In this document: positions 27,728 through 37,205 of the stretch, piece by piece
Layout: every line of letters begins with the position of its first letter
Numbering within the stretch: position 1 is the stretch's first letter
Origin: an archaeon
Lineage (GTDB): Archaea; Undinarchaeota; CAZHTU01; JBDRCC01
Direction: 5' to 3'
Length of the DNA stretch: 64,000 bases
NCBI GenBank assembly: GCA_043822065.1
Contig: JBDRCC010000022.1
Span: 14,189-78,188, forward strand
Notes under the pieces: generated by a model
What the model was told of the DNA's origin: nothing
Databases searched by the model: none
The model's input: only the letters and a program-made list of their open reading frames with translations
Position numbers and translations under genes: made by a program

Positions 27728-28296
27728 TAGCGAGAAAAAAGAAGCCAGAGGAGACTCCTTGGTGGAGGAAGTACACGGCAGCACATGTCAGCGGAGACGT
27801 GCCCGTTCTCAGGGAGGGGGCGAAAGACAGGGAAGAGGAGAGATACGAAATGGCGGAATTTGACCCGTTCAAGGATATGGAAGGCATATTCAAGGCGTTC
27901 TTAGGCACCGAGCCGCTCAAGCTCAAGATGAGCATGCGGCCCCGCCTGCTGAAGATGGAGGGCGGAAGTTTTAGGGAGCCGGTAGCCAAGCTCAAGGATA
28001 CTGGAAAGGAGATTGCTGCTGCAATTGAGCTTCCTGGCTGCAGGAAAGAGGATATAAACGTCAAGATAGAAAACGACAGCCTGATTGTGGATGCCATGAT
28101 GCAGAAAAAGTCTGAGAAGCGCGGCGAAGGCTTTGCAAGCCTTTCGACAAGCTATAACGGCTTCAGGCGCGTTATAGCCCTGCCGGTGCCAGTTGAGCGG
28201 GAAGGCACGAGGGCGAAGTACGAGAACGGCATACTCACTGTGATAATGCGGAAGCGGAAAGGGGGCGCCGGGCCGAGCGACGTTGAGGTGGAATGA
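27724..28296 (+). CDS. Hsp20/alpha-crystallin small heat-shock protein
   Basis: ELPGCRKEDI, F.R.I.LP and AKYENGILTV motifs; GTG overlaps speB stop (start uncertain). Confidence 0.9.
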   Translation: MIARKKKPEETPWWRKYTAAHVSGDVPVLREGAKDREEERYEMAEFDPFKDMEGIFKAFLGTEPLKLKMSMRPRLLKMEGGSFREPVAKLKDTGKEIAAAIELPGCRKEDINVKIENDSLIVDAMMQKKSEKRGEGFASLSTSYNGFRRVIALPVPVEREGTRAKYENGILTVIMRKRKGGAGPSDVEVE

Positions 28297-28457
28297 ACCC
28301 AGCATACATAATCTCGTTGCTGATAAACGCCGGCTTGATTTATGTCGGCTACCAGACCTACCTCGGAGCGATGAGCCCGGCCTACGCAGGCGGTGTACTC
28401 GTCACGATAGGGGTGCTGGCGCTTATTGCCTCGGTACTAAAGCTTTTAACAGGGTAG
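28293..28457 (+). CDS. Small two-TM membrane protein (54 aa), absent from ORF track
   Basis: Manual translation MNPAYIISLLINAGLIYVGYQTYLGAMSPAYAGGVLVTIGVLALIASVLKLLTG; ATGA overlap with hsp20; GAGGTG SD. Confidence 0.65.
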   Translation: MNPAYIISLLINAGLIYVGYQTYLGAMSPAYAGGVLVTIGVLALIASVLKLLTG

Positions 28458-28497
28458 TCATCAAAAACTTTAAAAGAGGTTTGCCCGTTATAGCAAG

Positions 28498-29457
28498 ATG
28501 ACAGGTAGGAGATTCATCACAAAGGCGGATTTCCAGCTATTTCTAAGCAAGCTATTGAAGGGGCACAAGGTCATCGCTCCTGCCAAGAACGGGAGCGGGC
28601 ACGTATACAAGCAGATTTCTGAAGCAAAGGAGGCTGACTTTGAATTTCAGAACACAATGTATTCCCCAAAGGAGTTCTTCTACCCACACAAAGAAACGCT
28701 GTTTGACTTCAACGGGGCCGTCAGCGTGCCAAACATAACGGAAAAGCGCGCGATAGTCGGGATAAGGCCGTGCGACATGAACGCCCTTTTGGTGCTCGAC
28801 AAGATTTTCATGGAAGACTATTACTACAGGACGCGGCGCGAGAACACAGTATACCTCGCGTTCAACTGCACTGAGGCGTGCGAGAACTGCTTCTGCTGCT
28901 ACGATAATTTCCACTTACTGAGGGAGGGCTCATACGACCTTGCATTTACGCCAGCTGAAGGCGGATATGTTGTCGAAATCGGTTCGAAAAAGGGCGAAAA
29001 GCTGATTGACGCAAAACTGTTCCGGGACACTGACAAAAAGCCCATCCGAAATCTGGTCTGCAAAACCCATCTTTCAAAGGACCAGATAAGCAAGATGCGA
29101 GCTAACGCCAGCCATGCCGTATGGAAGGAGAACGCAAAGAAGTGCCTAAGCTGCACCGCGTGCACAGTCTCCTGCCCGACCTGCCTCTGCTTTGACATAG
29201 AGGACATCCCAAACATCGAGCTAAACGGCGGAAAGCGCATCCGCAGGAACTCGTCATGCCAGCTAAAGGACTTTACAAGGGTCGCAGGCAACTTCCATTT
29301 CAGGGAATCGCGGGAGGGCAGGCTCAAACACAGGGTATACCACAAGTGGGTCTACCACCCGGACCAGTACGGAGAATTCCTCTGCGTCGGCTGCGGAAGG
29401 TGCATCACCAACTGCCCGACGGGCATAAGCATGGTGGAGATGGTGAACAAGCTATGA
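28498..29457 (+). CDS. hydB: Group 3b sulfhydrogenase beta subunit (4Fe-4S)
   Basis: GIRPCD, CLSCTACTVSCPTCLC and CVGCGRCITNCP motifs. Confidence 0.9.
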   Translation: MTGRRFITKADFQLFLSKLLKGHKVIAPAKNGSGHVYKQISEAKEADFEFQNTMYSPKEFFYPHKETLFDFNGAVSVPNITEKRAIVGIRPCDMNALLVLDKIFMEDYYYRTRRENTVYLAFNCTEACENCFCCYDNFHLLREGSYDLAFTPAEGGYVVEIGSKKGEKLIDAKLFRDTDKKPIRNLVCKTHLSKDQISKMRANASHAVWKENAKKCLSCTACTVSCPTCLCFDIEDIPNIELNGGKRIRRNSSCQLKDFTRVAGNFHFRESREGRLKHRVYHKWVYHPDQYGEFLCVGCGRCITNCPTGISMVEMVNKL

Positions 29458-30314
29458 AAAAGGCAACAAGGAAAAGAAAAAGCAACAATGCAGTGTCCAC
29501 GATTGGAAAGATTAATGGCTCTTGCGCTGACAATGACTTGGTCCCGAGGAAGCACAGGCTCGTAAAAATCGTTCCGCTTTCTCCGGATACGACGCTGTTC
29601 AGGATAGACTGCGGCATGAGCCACATGCCCGGGCAGTTTGTCCAGGCTTCCGTCCTTGGGGTTGGCGAAGCCCCAGTATCAATATCATCCTGGTCTGACA
29701 AGTACCTCGACCTTTCAGTCAGGCGGGTCGGAAATGTCACTGGTGCAATGCACCACATGAAGGTCGGCCACGCGATAGGCATAAGGGGGCCGTTCGGGAA
29801 TGGATTCCCGATGAAAGAGCTTGAGGGGAAAAATCTTATACTCCTTGGTGGCGGGTGCGGAGTCGCGCCGATGAGGGGCGTTGTAGAGTACCTTGCAAAG
29901 AACCGGAAGAAATACGGGGAAGTTGACCTGCTATTCGGCTTCAGGAGCTATGATGACATACTTTTCAAGAAGGAAGGGCCTAAATGGAAAAAGAGCTTCA
30001 ATGTTTACCTCACGCTCGACAGGGGCTCAACGGCAGGAGTGTGCTCGGAGGGGACTGTTGTCGACCTGCTTTCCACAGTAAAGCCCTCGAACAAAAACGC
30101 CGCAGTAATGATTTGCGGCCCGCACGTCATGATGAAGTATTCGGTCCTGAAGCTGAAGGAGCTCGGGTTCAAGGAGGAGCAGATTTATGTCTCGCTTGAG
30201 CGGCTGATGCAGTGCGGAAACGGCAGGTGCGGCCACTGCATGGTCGGCGGGAAGTACGTCTGCAAGGACGGGCCGGTGTTCAGGTTCGACGAGGCAAAGC
30301 TGTTAGAGGACTAG
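29454..30314 (+). CDS. hydG: Group 3b sulfhydrogenase gamma subunit (FAD/NAD, 2Fe-2S)
   Basis: PGQF, GPFGNGF, GGGCGVAP, CGP and ERLMQCGNGRCGHC...VCKDGPVF motifs. Confidence 0.9.
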   Translation: MKKATRKRKSNNAVSTIGKINGSCADNDLVPRKHRLVKIVPLSPDTTLFRIDCGMSHMPGQFVQASVLGVGEAPVSISSWSDKYLDLSVRRVGNVTGAMHHMKVGHAIGIRGPFGNGFPMKELEGKNLILLGGGCGVAPMRGVVEYLAKNRKKYGEVDLLFGFRSYDDILFKKEGPKWKKSFNVYLTLDRGSTAGVCSEGTVVDLLSTVKPSNKNAAVMICGPHVMMKYSVLKLKELGFKEEQIYVSLERLMQCGNGRCGHCMVGGKYVCKDGPVFRFDEAKLLED

Positions 30315-31088
30315 ATGTACAACATAAACAAGAGGCTAAAGGTCGGGTTCTTCGGTCTTACCAGCTGTGCTGGGTGCCACCTTAGCTTTGTGTTCATAGA
30401 GGACGAGCTTCTGAAGTTCTTTGAAGCGCTTGACATACAGCACTTCAGGATGATAGGCAAGAAAAAGCTTAAGGGGAAGTTCGACCTGGCATTTGTTGAG
30501 GGCGCGGTTGTGAGCAAAGAGGATTTACAAACAGTCCTTGACGTCAGAAAAAGGTCGAAAAAGGTTGTAGCTCTCGGCACATGCGCAACGTATGGCGGCG
30601 TGCCGGCAATAAAGAACTACGGGCACAGCGAAGAGGCACACGTCCATGACAAGAACAATCTAGAGGTCGGGGTTTACGGCATCGGGCATTACATCGATGT
30701 AGACTACTACCTCAGGGGCTGCCCACCAGAGTCGTCGGAGATTGTCAAAGTGACCAAGGAGCTCCTCGTTGGGCAGGATATAAGGCGAAACGTTGACTTC
30801 CCGGTCTGTAAGGAATGCAGGGAGCGCGGAAACGAATGCCTGCTCCAAAAGGGGCAGTACTGCATGGGCCCGATAACGTATGGGGGCTGCCACGCAAGGT
30901 GCCCGAGCGTCGGGGTGCAGTGCCTTGGGTGCAGGGGGCCGCTTGAGGACAGCAACATCGAGGCCGCCATGGAGCTTTACGAGAAAAACGGCTACACAAA
31001 GGACGACGTCAAGAGGATGTTCATCAAGTTCGCATCAACTTCGAGGATATACTGGACTGACGAGGTGAAAAAATGGCTCGAGAAATAA
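30315..31088 (+). CDS. hydD: Group 3b [NiFe] hydrogenase small subunit
   Basis: TSCAGC, VEG, GTCATYGG, GCPP, VCKEC and C.GCRGP motifs. Confidence 0.92.
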   Translation: MYNINKRLKVGFFGLTSCAGCHLSFVFIEDELLKFFEALDIQHFRMIGKKKLKGKFDLAFVEGAVVSKEDLQTVLDVRKRSKKVVALGTCATYGGVPAIKNYGHSEEAHVHDKNNLEVGVYGIGHYIDVDYYLRGCPPESSEIVKVTKELLVGQDIRRNVDFPVCKECRERGNECLLQKGQYCMGPITYGGCHARCPSVGVQCLGCRGPLEDSNIEAAMELYEKNGYTKDDVKRMFIKFASTSRIYWTDEVKKWLEK

Positions 31089-32356
31089 CCCTTGACCACA
31101 TAGCAAAGATAGAGGGGCACGCCACACTCAAGGTAAAGATTGAGAAGAACGAGATTAAGGAAGTCAACCTAAACGTTACAGAGGGCAGCAGGTATTTCGA
31201 GAAGATACTCAAGGGGCGGAAATACGACGAGGCGCCCTACTTAACGACGAGGATATGCGGGATATGCTCATGCATACACAACGTCGGCTCCCTAAAAGCA
31301 GTGGAGAACGCGTTCGGCGTCCAGGTAACAGAGCAAACTGCGCTCATGCGCGAGAGAGTGATATCTGGAGAGCGTATACGGAGCCATGCCGCCCACCTTT
31401 ACATGTTTGTGCTCCCAGAGTACCTCGGCTTCGAGTCGGCAGTAGATCTTGCAAGCGAAAAGAAGGAGACCGTCCTCAAGGCTCTGGAGCTCGTAAAGCT
31501 CGGGAACAACATCATAGAGACGTTTGCAGGGCGGTCGATGCACCCGATTTCGACAATACTCGGCGGGTTTTCGCACTATCCTGAGCGGAAGCAGCTGGAC
31601 GACCTTCTTGACAGGCTCAAGGCGAGCAGGAAATTCGCAGAGGACACTGCCAAGCTCTTCAAGGGCATTAAGGTTCCGAAGTTTGAGAGGGAAACGCAGT
31701 ACTTCTGCCTCGACGACAAGAAGACCTATCCAACTGCACACGGCGAGATAAGCTGCATAGGAAAGATGTGCGTCCCGACGATGACGTTTGCCACGCATGC
31801 TAAGCAGTACTTCGTCCCGTACTCGACCGCCAAACACGTCACGGTTGAAGGGGAGAGCTACTACGTCGGCTCGCTCGCGAGGATTAACAACTGCAGGCAG
31901 TACCTTAGGCCGCGGGCAAGGAAAATGCTCAACGGCATCAAGTTCCCGAACTACAACCCGTACATGAACAACTTCTGCCAGGCTGTCGAAACTGTCCACC
32001 ACGTAGAGAACATGATTGACTTCCTGGAGAACTATGAAATAAAGGAGGAAAAGCTGGTGAAGGTAGTTCCGAAGGCAAGCAGGGGCATATCCGCAGTCGA
32101 GGCGCCAAGGGGGCTTTTGTTCCATGACTACACGTTTGATGCGAACGGGATAATCACTCACGCAGACATAATAACCCCGACAAGCCAGAACCTCAAGAAC
32201 ATTGAGGACGACCTAAAGGTTCTTCTGCCGCAGATACTAAGCAAAGGCAAGGAAGAGGTTGTCCGCGACATCAAAAAGCTAATCCGCGCCTACGACCCGT
32301 GCATCAGCTGCTCGACGCACTTTTTGACGATTGAGGGGCTTGACGGCGCGTTCTAG
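31073..32356 (+). CDS. hydA: Group 3b [NiFe] hydrogenase large subunit
   Basis: KIEGH, L1 RICGICSCIH, EAPRG and L2 DPCISCSTH motifs, plus short cleavable tail. Confidence 0.95.
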   Translation: MAREITLDHIAKIEGHATLKVKIEKNEIKEVNLNVTEGSRYFEKILKGRKYDEAPYLTTRICGICSCIHNVGSLKAVENAFGVQVTEQTALMRERVISGERIRSHAAHLYMFVLPEYLGFESAVDLASEKKETVLKALELVKLGNNIIETFAGRSMHPISTILGGFSHYPERKQLDDLLDRLKASRKFAEDTAKLFKGIKVPKFERETQYFCLDDKKTYPTAHGEISCIGKMCVPTMTFATHAKQYFVPYSTAKHVTVEGESYYVGSLARINNCRQYLRPRARKMLNGIKFPNYNPYMNNFCQAVETVHHVENMIDFLENYEIKEEKLVKVVPKASRGISAVEAPRGLLFHDYTFDANGIITHADIITPTSQNLKNIEDDLKVLLPQILSKGKEEVVRDIKKLIRAYDPCISCSTHFLTIEGLDGAF

Positions 32357-32394
32357 GAAGAAGGTTTATATTTGCCAAAGGCTAGTTGATTAGT

Positions 32395-33633
32395 ATGGAT
32401 AAGGGCGAACCGTCCTACTGGAGGGTCAGCGAGAGGATAAGCAGCGGCAGGGAGATGCTCAAGGAGGTCGCCATAGATGGGTACAACGACACCTTTGCGT
32501 TTATCCTCCCCATGCACTTTTCTGCGGCGATATACCAACTCACGAGCGCGACTTCCCAGCTCATGAGCATTCTTGACCCGCGGTCCGATTTTTTCAAGAC
32601 AACGAAGGACTCGTTCCAGAAGGCAGAAGGAAGGTATGTGGTATCGCAGTCACTTGGCAAGGGCATGCAGGGGCTGGAAACGCTCTACTGGGAAAGGGTA
32701 AACATCCGGGCTTACCTCGCAGAGGCGGAGCAGATACTCTCTGCAGAGCTCCTTGACATGGAAAGCGAGGAAGGGGAGGTTGAGAGCCTGGAGGGCATCC
32801 TCCGCAAGTTCCGGTCGTTCCCGGACGACCTGGAGCATATGCTAAGGGCGCTTAAAACTATAGGCAGGGATAGCGACGGCGCGGTAAGGGTTAAGGAGGA
32901 TGTTGAAGAGACGAAGGCGCTCGTCGAGGAGGCGAAAGCCATGCGAAAGCGCCTTGCCGATTTCTCAAAGGAGCAGGGGGAGGAGATTCGCCTGAAGAAA
33001 AATGAAGTTGCGAAAGAGCCTGCAAAGAAGAGGGTCGAGGTGCTGATAGCAGCGTTCCAGCAGCAGGCGGTTATGTTTGAGCTGTTTACCTGCCTCTGCG
33101 AGGTTCTGAATGGCTTTTTCACTGCAAACAGCGGAAAGAAGTCAAAATCTGAAAATAAGATTGAGGGATTCCATAAGAAGGCAGTCCGGATTGCAGAGGA
33201 CATACTGAAAAAAAGCAGGGAGGACCTACAAAAGGACCAGGAAGCAAGTGTGCACCTTGTACTCAAAAAGCAGGCAGAAATCGTGGAGGAAATGGTTGAG
33301 CCGCTGTTCGAGACCGCGGAGGAGCTCAACGCGCTTGCCGAGAGCTACAACTGGCAGAGGGTGCCGCCAAGGGACGAAAAAGAGGAAATGAAGTTCCGCG
33401 ATGAATCCGTCAAGGAGATTAAAAAGCATCTCGATGCGATGGAAAAACTCAAAGAGAAGGTCAGCAAGCCGAAAGGCGATGACGAGTGGGCCCGCATGCA
33501 CAGGAGATACAAGGCCCTGAGGGACATGTTCTGGGAGCTGACGTTCATAGTCTCCGCATTCTCGGACAAGTACAAGCCCCGTGAAAAGCCGCCGGACACT
33601 AGCCCGCTCAGAATGTTCCGGAAAGGAGCTTAA
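32395..33633 (+). CDS. Hypothetical helical/coiled-coil protein
   Basis: Long Glu/Lys-rich ORF with host-like codons; TTTATA upstream. Confidence 0.75.
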   Translation: MDKGEPSYWRVSERISSGREMLKEVAIDGYNDTFAFILPMHFSAAIYQLTSATSQLMSILDPRSDFFKTTKDSFQKAEGRYVVSQSLGKGMQGLETLYWERVNIRAYLAEAEQILSAELLDMESEEGEVESLEGILRKFRSFPDDLEHMLRALKTIGRDSDGAVRVKEDVEETKALVEEAKAMRKRLADFSKEQGEEIRLKKNEVAKEPAKKRVEVLIAAFQQQAVMFELFTCLCEVLNGFFTANSGKKSKSENKIEGFHKKAVRIAEDILKKSREDLQKDQEASVHLVLKKQAEIVEEMVEPLFETAEELNALAESYNWQRVPPRDEKEEMKFRDESVKEIKKHLDAMEKLKEKVSKPKGDDEWARMHRRYKALRDMFWELTFIVSAFSDKYKPREKPPDTSPLRMFRKGA

Positions 33634-33973
33634 GCAGGTCGTTTTTTATTTTCTTCTTGTCTCCGGACTGGGGTATGCCGATTATCTTGATATCCCTGAG
33701 TTTTCCAGCCTTATCGAGAACCTGCAAGTAAAATGAAAGGTCGAAGTCGTGGACGGTCGAGCTTGACGGCTTTTTTAGCTCGGCTACGGAAACCTCGCGG
33801 ACCGTGTCAATGCCGGCAACCACATCCACGATTACAAAGCCCTCCTCCAAGTCAGAGTACTTCAGCACATCCTCCGGCGAGTCGCACATGACGGCGCCAG
33901 GGACGCCGGCAAGAAGCTCCTTGGCAAGGGAGTCTTCGGGGACGAATTCGTTGCCAAAGGCGAGTATTTTCAT
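33608..33973 (-). CDS. Hydrogenase maturation protease-like protein
   Basis: AFGNEF..ED, IVD and STVHDF motifs; near hydA. Confidence 0.75.
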   Translation of the reverse strand: MKILAFGNEFVPEDSLAKELLAGVPGAVMCDSPEDVLKYSDLEEGFVIVDVVAGIDTVREVSVAELKKPSSSTVHDFDLSFYLQVLDKAGKLRDIKIIGIPQSGDKKKIKNDLLKLLSGTF

Positions 33974-34070
33974 AATCTCAAAAAAAGGTCATAACTATTT
34001 AAATATTGTTAATTCAGCTTAATGGCATACAAATACGATAGACGTATATACTCTTCAGGATTTCTCATGA

Positions 34071-34469
34071 TTGATGGTTAATAAAAGAGCCGCCGCCGGA
34101 TTAAGCCTTTTAATTGCAGTGCTTGTTGCCATATCCGGATGCATAGATATAGGAAAACCAGATATGCCTAAGGAGCCAAAATTCATGCCTGATGCTGCGT
34201 TTAATGTTTCATGCGAAGCTGATTCGGACTGCACAATGGCTGGAGAACGGTTTTCTAAGGACCATTGCTGCGCAGGTTGCGGGCCCATTCCGGTAAATGT
34301 AAAGGCGGCTGAGATTAGAGAAAACTGGATATCAGATAATTGCGGGCCCATATACCATACCGCTTATTATTGCCCAGTGTATGAGTGTGTCCAGGTGGGG
34401 GTGCCAGGGGCAGCAATCAAAAAACTTATCTGCAAAGACAATTCTTGCACATTAGAAGAGACAGTTTAG
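34071..34469 (+). CDS. Cys-rich secreted/lipoprotein-like hypothetical
   Basis: Signal peptide ending ISGC; CEADSDC, CCAGC and further Cys. Confidence 0.7.
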   Translation: MMVNKRAAAGLSLLIAVLVAISGCIDIGKPDMPKEPKFMPDAAFNVSCEADSDCTMAGERFSKDHCCAGCGPIPVNVKAAEIRENWISDNCGPIYHTAYYCPVYECVQVGVPGAAIKKLICKDNSCTLEETV

Positions 34470-34506
34470 ACGGTGCATTCTTTAAAGAATCAAAGAAAGA
34501 GGTATA

Positions 34507-34579
34507 TAGCCCCGGGTGGGTTCGAACCACCGTCTCAGGCTCCAAAGGCCTAAATGCTTGACCACTACACCACGGGGCT
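34507..34579 (-). tRNA. tRNA-Gln(UUG)
   Basis: AGCCCCG acceptor stem, TAGTGGTCAA D-loop, CT-TTG-GA anticodon loop, GGTTCGAA T-loop; A1-U72; no encoded CCA. Confidence 0.95.
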
Positions 34580-34604
34580 ATGAGAAGTTATAGAGTTAGG
34601 GGGT

Positions 34605-35096
34605 TTAAAGAGGTTTCTTTTTGGTGGGCTGCAGGAGCTTCTTGTAGATATACATCCTGTGTTTGTATCCCTGGCCTTCTTTGAGTTTCCCTCTTTTGTA
34701 GAGCCTGAACCCCATTGCGCGGTAGAAAGCACGCGTTTTTGCATAAGGCTCATACTCGGGCGTACATTCACCAACAGTTTCTACGGTGACATATTCAACG
34801 CCTGCCTTTCTCAGTTCTCCTTCCAGCCTTTTGAAAAGCCGCTCACCTATGCCCTTCCCATGCATCGAGGAATGGACGCCTATCCACTCGAGCTCTGCCC
34901 CGCCACCCTTCGTGCGTATTGTAATGAATCCAACAAGCCTCTTGCCGCTTACGGCAACGAATGTCTTCTGAAAGCGGACGTCTAACGGAATGTTCAGGAG
35001 GGCATCCTTGTCAAACCAGTCGGGATGGAGGCTTTTGACTATCAGTTTTATCCCCTCTATATCAGCTGGTCTGTATTGCCGGATTTGTATTTTCAT
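34605..35096 (-). CDS. GNAT acetyltransferase
   Basis: IGVH..MHGKGIG and AFYRAMGF motifs; ATG overlaps HD gene stop. Confidence 0.88.
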   Translation of the reverse strand: MKIQIRQYRPADIEGIKLIVKSLHPDWFDKDALLNIPLDVRFQKTFVAVSGKRLVGFITIRTKGGGAELEWIGVHSSMHGKGIGERLFKRLEGELRKAGVEYVTVETVGECTPEYEPYAKTRAFYRAMGFRLYKRGKLKEGQGYKHRMYIYKKLLQPTKKKPL

Positions 35097-36277
35097 TTTA
35101 GGTTCAGGACTTTCCTCGCAGCCTCCCCGACTTGCTTTGTATTCTCCTTCGGGCAGAAGACCATTGCTTCCCAGTAGTCCCATTGCGCCTCTTCGAGGGT
35201 CCGTATTGAAGTCGACGCCTCGGACGCCTTGATTAGTTTTCCAGCTGACTTGACTGAAAGGTCCATGTCCCGCTGGCTGTAGAGCGGCTCAGGTATGTCG
35301 AGGATTGCATAGCCATCGATTATGCCTGCGGCCTCGCAGATTTCGCGCTCAAGCTTCGCTATCTCCTTCGGCTGTGCGCTTAAGCTGAGCAGGTATTCAG
35401 TAAGCAGAGGGCCTGCCTGCCGCTTGTTCACCTGGAAAGCTCGCTTGAAGAGATTCCTTGCCTCGACCCTGCGGAATATCTCTTTCGGGTAGCCGGCAGA
35501 GCCGCGAAGGGCTGAGGTTACCGTGATGTCGTCCATCAGGTAAAGGTCCGTGGGGCGTATGTGCCCGTCGAGAATCGCACGCTCTAAGGCGCGGACGAAC
35601 ATTGACTCGGCTATCCTATTTGTGTGGTGCTCGTAGACCGAAGAATACATGAGGAACCTTGCGCGGAGGAGGGACTCTGCAGCCTGGACCCCGCCGGTCA
35701 GGACAAGCTTCCCGCGATGGAGCTTGATGGTCGAAAGCAGGCGTTCAAGGTCGATTACCCCGTAGGCTGCGCCGGTGTAGTATGAGTCCCTGACGAGATA
35801 GTCCATCCGGTCAACGTCCAGCTCGCCGTGGAGCAGCTCGGAATATTTTTCGCCCCCAGATATTAATCCAACTACCTTTTTTGGAGCAATCCCGCCTGCA
35901 GATAGTATCCCTTTAAGCTCCGACTTGAGTATCAGCTCCCTTGCTATCTCCTCGTGCCCTTTTTTCAGGAACCTTCGCATCATTCGCTCGCTTGTGTGCG
36001 AAAAGGGGCCGTGGCCGATGTCGTGGAGAAGCGCCGCCGCGCGGAGAAGCCTTATGCTTGAAGCTGGAAGCCGCAGGTTCCGTGCAAGCTTTCCGGCGAG
36101 GTGGCAAACTCCAAGGGAGTGCTCGAAACGGGTGTGGTTTGCGCCCGGGTAAACAAGATAAGCAAGGCCAAGCTGGCGGATATTCCTCAGCCGCTGGACG
36201 TAAGGCGAGTCGATGAGCTGGACTTCAAGCTTTGTCAGGGCAATGTTTCCATGTATTGCGTCCCTGATGTCGTGCAT
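35093..36277 (-). CDS. HD-domain dNTP triphosphohydrolase (SAMHD1-like)
   Basis: QRLRNIRQLG, HTRFEHSLG, LLHDIGHGPFSH and DVDRMDYL motifs. Confidence 0.92.
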   Translation of the reverse strand: MHDIRDAIHGNIALTKLEVQLIDSPYVQRLRNIRQLGLAYLVYPGANHTRFEHSLGVCHLAGKLARNLRLPASSIRLLRAAALLHDIGHGPFSHTSERMMRRFLKKGHEEIARELILKSELKGILSAGGIAPKKVVGLISGGEKYSELLHGELDVDRMDYLVRDSYYTGAAYGVIDLERLLSTIKLHRGKLVLTGGVQAAESLLRARFLMYSSVYEHHTNRIAESMFVRALERAILDGHIRPTDLYLMDDITVTSALRGSAGYPKEIFRRVEARNLFKRAFQVNKRQAGPLLTEYLLSLSAQPKEIAKLEREICEAAGIIDGYAILDIPEPLYSQRDMDLSVKSAGKLIKASEASTSIRTLEEAQWDYWEAMVFCPKENTKQVGEAARKVLNLK

Positions 36278-36311
36278 GGATTTTTTAAGGAGTGCGCCAT
36301 TAATAAAGGGT

Positions 36312-37205
36312 ATGCTGGTGCCGGAGTGGTATTCGAAAAGGTGCATGGAATTGGTGCCTGACGCAGAGGAATACCTCAGGTCACTTGAAAAGCCATTGCC
36401 CCAAAGCATAAGGGCCACCGCAAGGATATCTCCTGAGGCGCTCAAAGGCAGGATGGAGGCGAAGGGATTCATCCTAGAGGCAGTTCCGCACCTTGAACGG
36501 GCATTCATAGTCAGGAAAGCCCCTTTCAGCCTCGGCTCGACGCCAGAGTATCTGCTAGGCTATTATTACATACAGTCCATCGCACCCCAGATGCCTGTCG
36601 GGGCCATGCCACGGGGAAAAATCGGGATAGACCTTTGTGCAGCACCCGGCGGGAAGAGTGTCCAGCTTTCTGAAAAGGTTGACGTGCTAATCTCTATAGA
36701 CATTGACAGCACGCGGATTAAGTCGCTCAGGTCAAACCTCGCACGCTGTGGGGTTGAGAATGCGATACTTCTCAGGATGGACGGGAACAAAATTTCGGAG
36801 CTGGGGATAACCGCAGACCGCATTCTTGTCGACGCCCCCTGCTCTGGAGAGGGGGTAATACGCTCGCACCCGGAAAGGCTAAGCACCCTCCAGGAAGGCG
36901 ATTTCGCAAAGTACGGCGAGCGCCAGAAGGAGCTCCTTAAGTCGGCGGCGGCTGTACTTGAGAAGGGCGGAACGCTCGTATATTCTGTCTGCTCGCTCAG
37001 TCCTGAGGAATGCGAGATGATTGCCGAGTACGCAATAACCGAGCTTGGCCTGAAAATCGTTGGCACGGAAACCAGCTTTGGCGAGAAGGGGATGACTGAG
37101 GCATTTGGCAAAAAGCTGAACACTGAAGTTGAAAAAGCAGTCAGGGTCTGGCCGCACAAAAGCGATACGGAGGGATTTTTCATTGCAAAGTTCAATAAGG
37201 TTTGA
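36312..37205 (+). CDS. RsmB/NOP2 family RNA m5C methyltransferase
   Basis: DLCAAPGGK, DAPCSGEG, VYSVCS and TEGFFIA motifs. Confidence 0.93.
   Translation: MLVPEWYSKRCMELVPDAEEYLRSLEKPLPQSIRATARISPEALKGRMEAKGFILEAVPHLERAFIVRKAPFSLGSTPEYLLGYYYIQSIAPQMPVGAMPRGKIGIDLCAAPGGKSVQLSEKVDVLISIDIDSTRIKSLRSNLARCGVENAILLRMDGNKISELGITADRILVDAPCSGEGVIRSHPERLSTLQEGDFAKYGERQKELLKSAAAVLEKGGTLVYSVCSLSPEECEMIAEYAITELGLKIVGTETSFGEKGMTEAFGKKLNTEVEKAVRVWPHKSDTEGFFIAKFNKV

Noticed and set aside
28498-32356. Selenocysteine or other recoding in hydrogenase genes
   Set aside because: All ligand Cys are encoded normally; frames are uninterrupted
34507-34579. Integrated element at tRNA-Gln
   Set aside because: No integrase and no duplicated tRNA 3' end seen in the window
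35093-37205. Long head-to-head overlap of HD and RsmB ORFs as given in the track
   Set aside because: Likely true starts (36277 and 36312) leave a normal short divergent promoter gap
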